From: Phoronis australis
Taxonomy: Eukaryota; Animalia; Phoronida
Reading direction: 5' to 3'
Assembly (NCBI GenBank): GCA_002633005.1
Contig: NMRA01000619.1
Coordinates: forward strand, 21,528 to 85,527
DNA length: 64,000 nucleotides
Under the pieces are notes generated by a model, which saw only the letters and a list, made by a program, of their open reading frames with translations, made no database searches and had not been told where the DNA came from. Each line of letters opens with the position of its first letter. Within the stretch, counting starts at the first letter, position 1. The position numbers and the translations under genes are program-made. Positions 49,116 through 61,131 of the stretch are shown here, piece after piece.

Positions 49116-50114
49116 ATCACGATGACTTCAATTCTTTCTGAAAATCAGTGATTAGTGAATGGATAAGTTGTTGGCTGTGATTTAAAATATCAATTTCCTC
49201 CAACAACATGGCCAGAACAACATGGAAACACAATATTAATGAGCTCACCCCAAATTCAACAATATTCTACTGCATTTGGCATATGAAAAACTACGTGGAA
49301 AAGAAACTGGCTGCCATAATAAGAAATATACTGAAATCTGAAATAAAAGATGATCAAATACGTACAAGCAAAAAGTATTCAGGCAAAATAAATGATCCAT
49401 AATTCCTCATCATAAGTGAAAGCTGAATTCATCCATCATAGCCCAGAAGGAAGGCAAAACAACAGGAAAGTTAGAAAGTGGCTAAGCCATTCTGTAGTTC
49501 AAACTTTGCCGAAGTGATAGTCATTACTAGTCATTTTTGCTATTACCACAATTAGCCGTCGTGACAGGGAAAATGGTACTTTGACTACTTTTGTGAATGT
49601 GTTTTAATATTTCATTTTCCAAATCCTGAAAAAGTTTGGTTTAGGTCATTTACCACAATAAAACTGGTGTGATATCGTTTGTTCATCAGCGTAGATGTGA
49701 TCTCTGGACTCAGGACGAAGTTGTTGATGCACTATTTTTATTTCAGAGTGCGTAGAGTTGCGTAATGTTACATGTGTAAATTGGCTCAAGATTCTTAATA
49801 AGCTACTTTCCGGTACAATCCGGGCTAATTGTCATGAACCGCTATACTAACACTTACAACTCTAACAATGTTTTTTCATGGAGCTAGAGCCAATATCATT
49901 GTAAGTTCACTTTTTTTAGTATCTTTTTGCACAGGCTGTGTTATCATGTACCGTATCTTTATTGTATAGTAATGTGAACGTATTTCTTGAGACTTATTAC
50001 TCCATTATATTTGATTCACAGAAACTGGCCTTGTCCGATTGACATTGCAATATCTTAGCTTATGAATACACGTATCATATCAGACTACCCTGTGTGTTCT
50101 AAGCCCATGGCTTC

Positions 50115-50320
50115 TATAAAGTGATCTCTGGACTCGGGAAGAAATGATCAAGGCTCAAGAAGATGTGATCCCCGGCTAGGAAAGAAATGATCTCTAGGCC
50201 CGGGAAGAAGTGATCTCTTGGTTTGGGAAAATGAAACCTCTGGGCGCGGGAAAATGTGATCTCAGGGCTTGGGAAGATGTGATCTCTGGGCTTGGGAAGA
50301 TGTGATCTCTGGGCTCGGGA
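50115..50320. repeat. ~21-bp minisatellite
   Basis: GAAGATGTGATCTCTGGGCT(C/T)GG-like units. Confidence 0.85.
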
Positions 50321-50859
50321 ACACTACGGCACTTTCCCATTGCTCCCAACTTATTAGATTCTATAGCCCAACAACAAGTTAGGAAGTTTACCCCTGTAGC
50401 CAATATCTTACACAACTCATTAACTCCATTCTGGCATGCATGGTTGGAGGGCCAGCTCTCTTTTCTTCGATAATTGCTCTAATCTTCAATAAGATCCTAT
50501 CAAGCCAGACTGGGCTGTGCTGTTAAAAATAAAAGTTAAGTTATAACACATTTGAACATAAACCAATAGCCTTTCTGAAATCCTCGTCAAATGGTGATCA
50601 TGTTTAGATTCTGAATCGCCAAATTACCCCAACTGCAACCGAAGTTACGATAATCTATTCTCTCCAAATGTACCAATTCACTTTGGTTTGACGGTGTTCA
50701 CACGTGGTCTGTAATAAGGCTGGTAGATAATTGGCGTATGTGTTGCCAAAACAGACAAAAGACTGAGTGTGCTTGAAAGTTAACAAAGAAGCTAGATGTT
50801 AACACACGCTCAGAACCCCCATCGTCTGGTAAAGTCACTTAATGGGAAAACGCTGCCAT

Positions 50860-51120
50860 GAAATGTGATCTCTGGGCTCGAGAAGATGTGATCTCTGGGC
50901 TTGGGAAGATGTGATCTCTGGGCTCGGGAAGATGTGATCTCTGGGCTTGGGAAGATGTGATCTCTGGGCTCGGGAAAGTGTGATCTCTGGGCTTGGGAAG
51001 AGGTGATCTCTAAGCTCGGGAAATGTGATCTCAGGACTCGGGAGGAAATGACTTCTGGGGCTCAGGAAGATGTGATCTCTAGGTTCAGGAAAATGTGATC
51101 ACTGGGCTCGTAAAGATGTG
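50860..51120. repeat. ~21-bp minisatellite (same unit as 50115-50320)
   Basis: GAAGATGTGATCTCTGGGCT(C/T)GG-like units, about 12 copies. Confidence 0.9.
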
Positions 51121-51343
51121 ACAGTCCATTGTTAATTCTGAAATTTCCTGAGCTTAGTCTCAAGCAATAACCAACTGTAGATTTTGCAAGTCCTGAAATG
51201 AGCGCTAACTTAATTAAGGAATAATTTAACACCAATTTCATAATGGTAAATGGCTTAAAACAAAACTTGTTTTTGATAGAAAGCATGGCATGGGTTTATT
51301 GCAGCTTTAAGTTACTCAGTCCATGATGCAACATTTGGTCTAC

Positions 51344-51532
51344 CTCATTAGTAACTCTGTAAAAAGTGAAGCCAAGATGATAAAGGCGAAGTCCACTATG
51401 ACCAATTTGTAGAGCTCTTCACCAACAAACGTCTCCCAACAGGGAAGACAATTCACTTTGTCCAAACACTGCGCTTTACGGAACCAGAAGGAAATGATAA
51501 CAGCCAGGGTTGCCAATCTCAAGACCATTGTT
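51344..51532 (-). CDS. TMC exon with family signature CWETFVGEELYKL
   Basis: Acceptor tttttgtag, donor GTAGAC; CWET.VG.E.Y.L...DF is the TMC-domain start; 189 nt, phase 2 to 2. Confidence 0.95.
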
Positions 51533-52399
51533 CTACAAAAAAAGAACATTTTTGGATATAGCACCGACACATTGAAATAAACTGTGTTTCTAGATGGTCA
51601 TACACAAGACAAAATAATTTACGTAATATGTAATATGTCTTTATGTTCATCCCTTTGATGTCTTCCTAAAGTCTATTATTTTTACATTACTATGTTTACA
51701 GTACTTATTACATGTATTTATTTTGAACAATGTATTAAGAAGGACCTGTGAGCCGCTGAACAGGCTACCCACCACAAAGATTTTAATTAAATGTTACAAT
51801 AAGCACTCAGTGCCACCTAAGTTAACATGTGACTTGAATGAAGATTTATTAAAGTTGTGTAATTTGCAATCATATTGTCAACTACCACAATGGGGTGATG
51901 AGATGCGCAAATAATTCAAGCAAAAACACCGATGAATGTCTAAGACTAAAAAGAAATTGCATTCTGTCTTTGTCAATTTGGCTCATCCTGGCACCTGGGG
52001 TCTTAATATTTGGTCAAGTAAAAGTTGCTTTCATGCTCTTGAAATGTTAAAGAGAATAGTATGAGATGTTTGCTCATACAACTGCAACATTAGATGTGCT
52101 AACAATAAAATTTATCAGTTATTTGGCAAGTTGCAAAGCAGACATCAAAATAGTGAAAACCTGTGTGAGATACAATAAATTTTGGTGCACTAGGCTCTCA
52201 AGTGTGTTGGCTACTGCTCAATCATTCCAAAAATAGTTCAGTACAATACAATTCACTTTTCTATCCCTACAAAAGAGTAGATGAATAGAATGCCGTATGT
52301 TGCAATTCAACTTCACTCATAGCACAACAAAGTTGTCACTAATAATAACACGCAGTATTATTTAAATTACTCCTAGCAATGCGCTGGCCTTTCAGAATA

Positions 52400-52501
52400 A
52401 CAGGCCCACAAGTACCCCAACCATAGAGTATTGCAGACCCACAATTACTCTTAACCACAGTGTTTTGCAGGCCCACAAGTACTCTAACCACAGTGTATTG
52501 G
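52400..52501. repeat. ~33-bp tandem repeat x3
   Basis: CAGGCCCACAAGTACTCTAACCACAGTGTATTG-like units. Confidence 0.75.
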
Positions 52502-52574
52502 TAACTATGTTACTGATTTTACTGTAACAGCACAGGTCAATCCAATTACTACACCATGTGAACACAAAATGAAC

Positions 52575-53060
52575 ATGTAATCATAAAGAGCCCTCGCCAT
52601 GTAATCACAAAGACCCTCACCATGTAACCATAAAGACCCTTTGTCATGTAATCACAAAGCGTCCTCCTCATGTAATCATAAAAACCCGTCACCATGTAAT
52701 CATATAGAGCCCTCGTCATGTAATCATAAAGACCACTCGCCATGTAATCATAAAGACCACTCATCATGTAATCATATAGAGCCCTACTCATGTAATCACA
52801 AGACTCCTTGTTATGTAATCATATACTAGAGCCCTCACCATGTAATCAAAAGACCTCTCACCATGTAAAAACCCCTTGTCATGTAATCACAAAGCTTCCT
52901 CACCACGCAATCATAAAGAACCCTCGCCATGTAATTATGTAGAGCCCTCACCATGTAATCACAAAGCCCTCTCCTCATGTAATCATTAAGATCCCTTGAC
53001 ATGTAATCACTAAGAGCCATCACCATGTAATCATAAAGACCACTGGTCATGTAATCATAA
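52575..53060. repeat. ~22-24-bp minisatellite
   Basis: CATGTAATCA(T/C)AAAGACCCTC(A/G)C-like units, about 20 copies. Confidence 0.92.
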
Positions 53061-53288
53061 CAGTGTGTTTGGCAATTCTTCACCCATTCAGTACACGACA
53101 TGGTGGACAAGAAAAACTTTAGTCAAAGTAATCCCCCTATGAAAGATGGGTAAATGATAATTTTGGCAATTATTTTCATATAAAAAATTTAAAAATACCG
53201 CAATCATAAAAGAGTACATGTGACCAATATGGTTCCTAGATGTGACCAATAACTTGAACTTGAACAATTTGTGAAGCTACAAACATAC

Positions 53289-53431
53289 CTAACCATTGTA
53301 ATGTAAAGTTCAGACTTGGGTTGCTCGTAGTTTTCAAAACGGCCAATGACATAAAAAATAAAGGGCAGCACATAGTTGACTCCCGTCATGCACAGAGGCA
53401 TGGCCATGTCTTTGAGAACAAGAACTTCATT
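53289..53431 (-). CDS. TMC exon (NEVLVLKDMAMP...FENYEQPKSELYITMVR)
   Basis: Acceptor tctttacag, donor GTATGT; P..F..+..FE.Y..P motif; 143 nt, phase 0 to 2. Confidence 0.92.
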
Positions 53432-54164
53432 CTGTAAAGATAAATTGTTTCTGATATATGAAAATGTTAACAATGTCTCCGCAGTAGGTATTAATTAACC
53501 CAATCACCTCATAGCATATTCAAAAATACCAAAACCAACTGAAACTTAATTGTTTTGTACATAATGTTTGGCAACTTCTATAATATATGCAAAGCAAAAT
53601 TGGTTTATTTCAAAGTCTGACATCCATGAGTGCCAAATTTGCAAGCCAATTGCTGCAGAATGATTTTTGATTTATTTAAGACATCACCAGTTAATTAGCT
53701 ATTGCCATACACAATACAACTTTAAACAAACTCTTTCCTTTGTTTCACTACTTTATAACACATACGGAGTTTCATCAAGCCCGAGACGTCACTAAAAAAT
53801 CAATTCACAGTGGCCCTGAATGTATTTACATTTATTACAGGTAATTTAGAACTAAATTTTAATGTCATTCATCTACAACAGTCATTTTGTTGGTGCACTA
53901 ACAGAAATTCAAAAATTCCCCATTTAATTCTGGTTATAGTAATTTTTATTTCATTAAAAACACGACAGTACTATTTGATAGACAGCTTGATATACACTCT
54001 CTCATACTCTGTCTACAATTTACAATCTTCTGGTGTGCAGTTGTAAAGCAAATTGCCAATAGACATTTTAATCGAGATTACTTTAATGAAAGGCTGCTAC
54101 CAAACTATACTAATTTTCATTTCAGTATTGACAAGTACCCTCATCTGCTAAGGCCAATGAACTG

Positions 54165-54330
54165 AAATAACAAGTTTTACCCAGTCTCAACTGGGGATAT
54201 TTGACACTTCAGAATGAAACATAATAACAAAACTATACCCAGCCACTACTGGGGATATTGGTCACTTCACAATGAGACATAACAACAACCGGTACCCAGC
54301 CTCAACTAGGGATATTTGTCACATCTGAAT
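54165..54330. repeat. ~59-bp tandem repeat x3
   Basis: TACCCAG.C.CAACT.GGGATATT.G.CACTTC..AATG units. Confidence 0.75.
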
Positions 54331-54594
54331 GTAGGTAGTACATAATAACATTTAACAATTAATCAGATATCAATATAAATACATTCTATGCTTAAACACT
54401 TACTTAACAAATTTGGCAACATTTGATTTCTTGTTGAACGAGCATCATTTGATAATAAGTTTTAAATAGATTGGTTTGATGTCAAATTCCTTTTTTGATA
54501 CATTTAACTGAAAAGAGCACTTTTAAGATCTGGTTAATTCAGCCATTTACGTCATAAGCCAAAACTTAAATGCCACCTGGTGACTGGAACTTAC

Positions 54595-54753
54595 CATGAC
54601 AAGATTTGTGTTGGCAATGTAATAGATGAGATAGCCCGTGCCTATGATGAGTGCCAATACAAAGAAGTTGGTGCCTAAACGAAACACGTACCAACCACAG
54701 ATGTCTGACCAGGCTCGTTGTTTTCTAGCGTGGCTGTATCCAGCCAGAAACTC
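54595..54753 (-). CDS. TMC exon (EFLAGYSHARKQR...TM helix)
   Basis: Acceptor cttcgcag, donor GTAAGT; 159 nt, phase 0 to 0. Confidence 0.9.
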
Positions 54754-55713
54754 CTGCGAAGCAAAGAAGCCATTTCAGTAAAATCTCTTCAAGTTACAAC
54801 ACAACATGCTGGAATAAGGAAATTATTATTTCATCAACATTTTCAATGACCAGAAAAAGGATGAAAATTTTACTTCATCATTTCCACAGTTGTCAAAATC
54901 ATGGTAACTTAGGTTGGTCCAATAGCCAAGATATTTTCATCAACCATTATCACACAGACATACACAAATAAAACGAATTTCATATTCAACAGCATTTTCA
55001 TCAAAACCAAACGTGTTATATTTCTATAAGAAATATTTTTTAGTAAAAAGTCATCCTGTATCAACTAAAAGTATGGGATTTCAACAATGTAATCTTGAAA
55101 AGGAATTGGTGAAGCAGGGAACTCATTTTGAGCAAAAATGTAAGTCAGCAAAACTTATTCAAATTGGAAGACAATATGGCAGAACAGACAAGCTTACTTT
55201 GTCGAAAGTTTTGAAAAAGACTAAAACAAGAACAGTTTTACTTTACTGATTTGTTGACAACTTTAAATAGTACAGCTCTCATCAACAAAGTTAACACAAA
55301 ATGAGATTTTCACCATTTTGGCAATACAATGAGCATTTGAAAAATTAAAAAATGAAAATTTTGTTTATTATTTTTGTTTAAATTTGGAGCAATTTTTACT
55401 GTCAACAGTAAGCTTAAAGATTAAATGTCCTTTGGAAAACTTATAAAAGCATAATTGATTATACTGTTTCGCATGTCTGGCTCACTTTACCAAAATCTAA
55501 TCATAGTGACCTCAGCATCTCAAAAATCTTGATGCAATATTATCTACTGATCAATAGTCACAACATACCATTGACTTTCAACACCATTCACGATTATGTT
55601 GATGTCATGTTTTTTCTCATGGAATTTTTCATTTGCTATAGCTCAATATGTGCTTTAAGCCTTCACTTAAAATGGCCTTTTAGAAGATAAAAATTACTGG
55701 GGGCACATTCAGT

Positions 55714-55781
55714 ATAATAATAATAATAATAATAGTAATAACAATAACAATAATAATAATAACAATAATAACAATAATAAC
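55714..55781. repeat. (AAT/AAC)n microsatellite
   Basis: Mixed AAT/AAC triplets. Confidence 0.9.
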
Positions 55782-56203
55782 TTTTATTTATACAGGATGA
55801 AATACAATAGAATTAAAAACATGCTTTAGCCAAAGGCTAATATATACCATAGTCCTCTCACAGCAATAAATTAAATCAATTAAGATTAAATTTAAGTTAA
55901 ATTAAGTTAAATGAATATTATTTAAATGAATATTTACAAATTAAACTTACAAATTGAATTAAAAATAAATTAAAACTTCCATACGATATATAACAGTGTC
56001 ATGTATCTTTTGTAATCCTTCTCTAAGTTATCATAAATCACAATTTTCCCCAATGGTTGCCAACTTTGCATCCCCTGTAGCCACACGTGACCGTGTAAAT
56101 TATTTGGGGCTAAAGCTCCCACACTTCCTACAACCACGTGTTATTAATTCTTATTCTTCCCCTCATATCAGCACATTCTCCAACAAAACCTGTCCGTACA
56201 AAC

Positions 56204-56354
56204 CTGCAGTTCCTTAAAAATACTCTTATGTTTCAGTTTGGCTGTGCTGGGGGACGTGATGGCGAAGTCCCATCCGGCGAACACCTTTTCCACATAGATC
56301 AGGTTGAACTCACTTGACCCTTCAATGTAATTTGTCCTGTAGGACTTGGACAAG
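56204..56354 (-). CDS. TMC exon (KVFAGWDFAIT...LKHKSIFKELQ); most 5' exon found
   Basis: Acceptor tatcttctag, donor GTTTGT; conserved K+F..WD+.I motif; 151 nt, phase 2 to 0. Confidence 0.92.
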
Positions 56355-57126
56355 CTAGAAGATAAAGATAAAATACACTAGGTGGCACTAGACAATAATA
56401 CATTTCCACCATAAAATTAGTCCGTTATAGACCGCGAAAATGCGAAAACTGGCTGACTATATGAAAGTATTTTTACTAAGAAAATGAGAGACAAAATGAT
56501 GAACCCCTATCAGATATAAATGACATCATATTGCGTTCTCTAAGACAGAAATTTTAAACATCATTTTGAGGACGACCGCACACCAAGTCTGTCAAAAAAG
56601 TCCAATAACGTTTGTAAGTACTTGATTTCGTCACATCATTCACCTTTTTAGTCTGGAGAGAAAAGACACACTTTACTTAATTACATTATCAGTTAGCAAT
56701 AACCACCAAGCCAATTCAGTTACCGGTAGTGTTATTTGTAAAGAACCTATAAAGGAATTACTGTACATCAAGGAGTCACTGGCCATTCAGGACCACCATG
56801 CTACTGATTCTCTAAATAACATGCAGAGCTCAGTGACCCTACAACTATGGTGATGACCTACTTACTATTCCCTGTATCTCTTGCTAGTGTCATTTAATTA
56901 CGTGGAAGTGAAATGACTGGTTTTCGACACTTGCTGACTTATTGTATATATTATCCTGACAGTGTTCTCCATATCTGAAAATCTAAACAGGTTGCACGCG
57001 TAAAAACTGCAACGTGCCAGAACCACGCGGCGGTCAACGTTCTCCATAAGCTAGTGTGCACCTAATTTTTACCCACGCATTTTGTTGTGTTTATGTTTAC
57101 GTTAGAATCGGGCATGTGACTACAGC

Positions 57127-57921
57127 TGATGGGATGGGTGCAGTGTGTGGGTTGATGACTCTAGGAAACATGGCTTATTATGTAATAGTGTTACTCATAT
57201 AGTTCCGTGCAGCAGTTGTAGTGAGTTCTATGTATAATTGGATATATTCCATGAAATAACCTTTAAATATGGCCATGTTCGTAGTACAGCTATTCATTGA
57301 CAAGAGCATTCGGTGACCAATTTGGTAAGGGCAAGTAAAATCATGAAAGTGACTAGATTAGTCATAAGATTAAAATCATGTAAATTCTGAATGAGAAGGC
57401 ATTTTACAGCAGTTCAGAACGGAGATGTAAACGGGTTAAGACGTAGTGAAGCAGTTTATGAAGTTAAAACCGATGTAGCAAGACTTTGATTCCTCCACAG
57501 AAGTAAGTAGTTATGTACTATTATTCGTATTGTAATTTTTAAGTAAAATAAGGTTTATTTAGAATTATTGTCAAATAGACAGCTCAGAAATATGTTTGAC
57601 TATTATGAAAAATAGCGTGAATAAGAAATAACGAAAGTTTAAATAGTTTAATACAAGTATGTTTGAATATGATGCAGCTATCATGGAAATTAGATCAGTA
57701 ATGTTTAGATTTACCAAAATAATAAGCTAGGAATCTTATTACGGTAACTAATGTTTATATCGGAATTATAAATAGCGTTTGACAAGTAATTGTTATTTAG
57801 ATTAGTTCCTAATGTTTTGTAATTTGTTGTTTACAGATCGAATAAATATACTATCATTTATATGATTTAAAGAGGAATCCTAGTTCTCATTAGTTTCGGC
57901 CTTGAGCCCGTCAGCGGTACA
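57127..57921 (+). mobile_element. Possible solo LTR
   Basis: TG...CA ends flanked by CAGC; AATAAA at 57841. An alternative start at 57217 (TGTAGTGAG) is possible. Confidence 0.3.
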
Positions 57922-60272
57922 CAGCTTAATACTAATGCACAGTAGTGCAAACAAATAACTGCGTTCATTCAACTTTTTAATTTTAAAAGCTGGACTTATT
58001 TACAGACATATCACATGTCATAACCAATTTGTATAATCAATGACTTTGAAATAGAAGTCTACAGACGTATTTGAAACAGTATGGAAAAATGTTTTATGCT
58101 ACTCAATAATTGTGATGTCAATGTCAACTAAGTACAAAAAGTCTGACACAGAAATAAACTTTTCTCATGAAGTAGACAATCCAAGTGAAGTGTCTTTGTT
58201 AAGTCACTCACATTTTTATGTCTTGATGAACAGAGTCTACGTTTTCCCTCAGCCTGTAAGTGTAATGTCTTGTCCAACATTCTTATAGACGGAATTCGAT
58301 GTTCTGAAGCTGGTACAACATTAAACTTCTGCACTAGCACAACTCTTGTAAAAACTGCACAATATGCAAGTCCTACCTTATGAATGCAAATTAGCCTAGC
58401 CCTGACCTAGGTAGAGTAAAAAAAACAAATCACGAGCGTTTCCATTTACTTCCACGGGAGTGTTAGGCCTGTTGATAACAACCAATATTTCTAAAAAGAT
58501 ATTAACTGGATTATCAAACGATTGCAAGTATGGAATTCCCATAATTTTCAGGATTGTCACAAACTCATTCTTCCAGATGAAAACCATCTATTCTCAAGTT
58601 AGTGCGAATTGTATTCATTTGTATTGCAGATGTCTGACGTTGTCGGCAAAAATTCGGTTCACCGTTCGTGACACGGATATTTGGGATTCGTTGACCAAGC
58701 CCAGCAATATCTTCACCATCCGGCCCTGCATTATCTGCATCTGAGTCAATATCTGAAACATCTCTCGGTTTTAAAATAATCCTTAGGCTTAGCGGTCCTT
58801 CGCCTTCCCGCGGCAGACGACATTTCTAAGTATGTAAAATGCACATGTCAATCGGTAACAGAAGCCAGGATAGAATTCACTAACATAAGGACCACGCGAG
58901 GTAAACAAGACTCTGCAAGATTACGCGAGATATTACCGTGTGATTTCAAAGAGAGGACGCGATTTTGGCTACAATTTCTCAGCGCGAGACATATATTTTG
59001 AACTTTACTCAGTGATGTCACCCGCTGTCCCAAATCTCGGAATATTACCTCGAAACCGCAAACGTCACCCACGGTCACAACTATATCGAAGTTGCGTTTG
59101 CCAAAGTCTTGGCAGATCTTTAGAGGGAGTATGCGCCACAGATATAATGTTCATGCTGCCAACGAAACTCTGTATAAGGCAACAAGATGAACTCGGTCAA
59201 TCTCAATGGGCTGGTGGCACCAAAAGTAACCAATAATATTCATCTAAGAGAGAAATACACAAAAAACAACCAATGAGAACCATCAAAAGCAGTTTCATGT
59301 AAATGTTTGTTGAGACTGGTATCAGTAAAGTCTGTGTTGTGGGGCCCACGGAATATTGAAAAATGTGCTACGAAAACCTGAACTCTGGCCTCCCAGAAGA
59401 CGGCCGTTGTATAAACTGCTGCACAATGGTGTTTTTGCTGACAACATATACTTCGCAGAACTAACCTTAAATATTTTCAATGGGTAATACGATCAGTTGT
59501 CCGCCAAACACAAAAAGGTGACTACAAAAGCGAATAGGCCTAACGTAACGATCAGCGACTCGTGCCGGACTGCACCTCCAGTGAGCAGGTAGTGGATTAG
59601 GCGTATAGGTAGCACTGGGCCTTTGTTTAAATTCAACTGACTATGACTAGTTGTTCGAGATGAAGTGAAAACATAATTGAGAGATTATTTACACGTCGCC
59701 CTACACCAGAAATAGACTAGCAGCCCGGTCTGCCAATTGAGTGAGACTGGCGATTCTCGCTGATTCCCACGTGCCTAGCCAGCATGCAGGTATCACGCAG
59801 TGGCACGCACTTTAGCATTAGCTGATGTAACCTCAGCAGTCATTGGTTAGCTTTACAACACCGTGAAAAAATGGTGGACTGTGAACGACTTTTAGCCTCG
59901 TCATGCAAGTGGCGTCGCAGAAACTATTCGTTTCTGCAGTGATGTTTAATAGACGCGTGCTTGAAGCACATACGGTAAAGTCGCGTGATTTTCGGACACT
60001 GAAAATTAATTCCAATAGAAAAAATTCATTCTTGGACGAATCTCGCGAAATATCATTTTGTGGTGTCCGAATTTGTTGGACCTCCAAATTTGGGTTTCCG
60101 CTAGTGTCCGAATTTCCTGGGTGTACATTATTTCGATGAGCGGTCGTAGTATCAACAATGCTGGCTCGGTCATTTGATAGCAGTATAATTGCAGGTAAAT
60201 GAGACTCAAATGGTCTGAGCGATTAATTTTTGAAAATCTGGCTTTCCCAATAAGAAATGTGCGTCGTCGACG

Positions 60273-60487
60273 NNNNNNNNNNNNNNNNNNNNNNNNNNNN
60301 NNNNNNNNNNNNNNNNNNNNNNNNNNNNNNNNNNNNNNNNNNNNNNNNNNNNNNNNNNNNNNNNNNNNNNNNNNNNNNNNNNNNNNNNNNNNNNNNNNNN
60401 NNNNNNNNNNNNNNNNNNNNNNNNNNNNNNNNNNNNNNNNNNNNNNNNNNNNNNNNNNNNNNNNNNNNNNNNNNNNNNNNNNNNNNN
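60273..60487. other. Assembly gap (215 N)
   Basis: Run of N. Confidence 1.
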
Positions 60488-61099
60488 CACCATTTCCCTA
60501 CGCTCTTACTGTTTTATTTTTTTTTGCGGCAGCCAAGGGGGGGGGGGCCCGGGCCCCCTGGGCCCCCCCCCTAAATCCGCCTATGTATTCATACTGTATG
60601 AATACAGGACAGTATTGTAAACAAAAGTCATCTACAGTATAAAGATGCACTTTGAAAAGGCGCAACCACGATTTCAAGGATTCATATTTCCTGAACATAA
60701 ATTTTAAGCACCGATTTGTCTGCCTAACAGACCATATTTACACTTCAGTCCATCAGTCATGCCAGTTTGTTTGTGTCAAGCACTGCCTGTTGAGAATTGG
60801 ACTAGCCAATCAGAAACGTCGGTCTAAAAAAATTTCCCGAGGAAAATTAAGTGATATCTGCCTGCTGGCTACTCACCACCTAGCAGCACGCAAGGAACCA
60901 GTGAAACTGGTGATTAGGCTGTCCACAACTGACCACTTAGCCTTTATTCAGTTTCAATGGGCTATGGCCAGCTGTTGCCAAGCGTAATTTGAACCAATGA
61001 AGACCTTATTAACAATGACGACGCCTTTTTTACAAAGTAATCCCTATATTTTTAAACTGGTCGCTGTGACACGCAAAAAGTGGTCGTGGAGAACACTGC

Positions 61100-61131
61100 C
61101 TGATGATGTCTTATGAATAGACGAAACATTG
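61100..61131 (+). ncRNA. Degenerate minimal hammerhead-like motif (Penelope pLTR type)
   Basis: CUGAUGA-U-GUCU-UAUGAAU-AGAC-GAAAC; stem III and cleavage triplet decayed (CAUUG). Confidence 0.4.

Larger units (their letters stand above)
56960..61098. mobile_element. 4.1-kb non-autonomous hAT-like element with 5-bp TSD
   Basis: Perfect 12-bp TIR CAGTGTTCTCCA / TGGAGAACACTG; CCTGA on both sides (56955-56959, 61099-61103). Spans an assembly gap, so the pairing of the two ends is inferred. Confidence 0.7.

Noticed and set aside
50115-53060. 21-24-bp repeat arrays as CRISPR arrays or repeat proteins (ORFs 52549, 52641, 52835)
   Set aside because: Units are contiguous with no unique spacers, there are no cas genes, and they lie in eukaryotic introns; the ORFs are translations of minisatellites.
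58564-58752. Minus-strand acceptor plus ~60-codon open frame (DIDSDADNAGPDGEDIAG...) as a TMC or captured exon
   Set aside because: Ends in a stop, has no TMC similarity or recognisable motif, and lies inside the hAT-like element; cannot be supported without a search.
60199-60642. ORFs spanning the N run
   Set aside because: Artefacts of translating an assembly gap.
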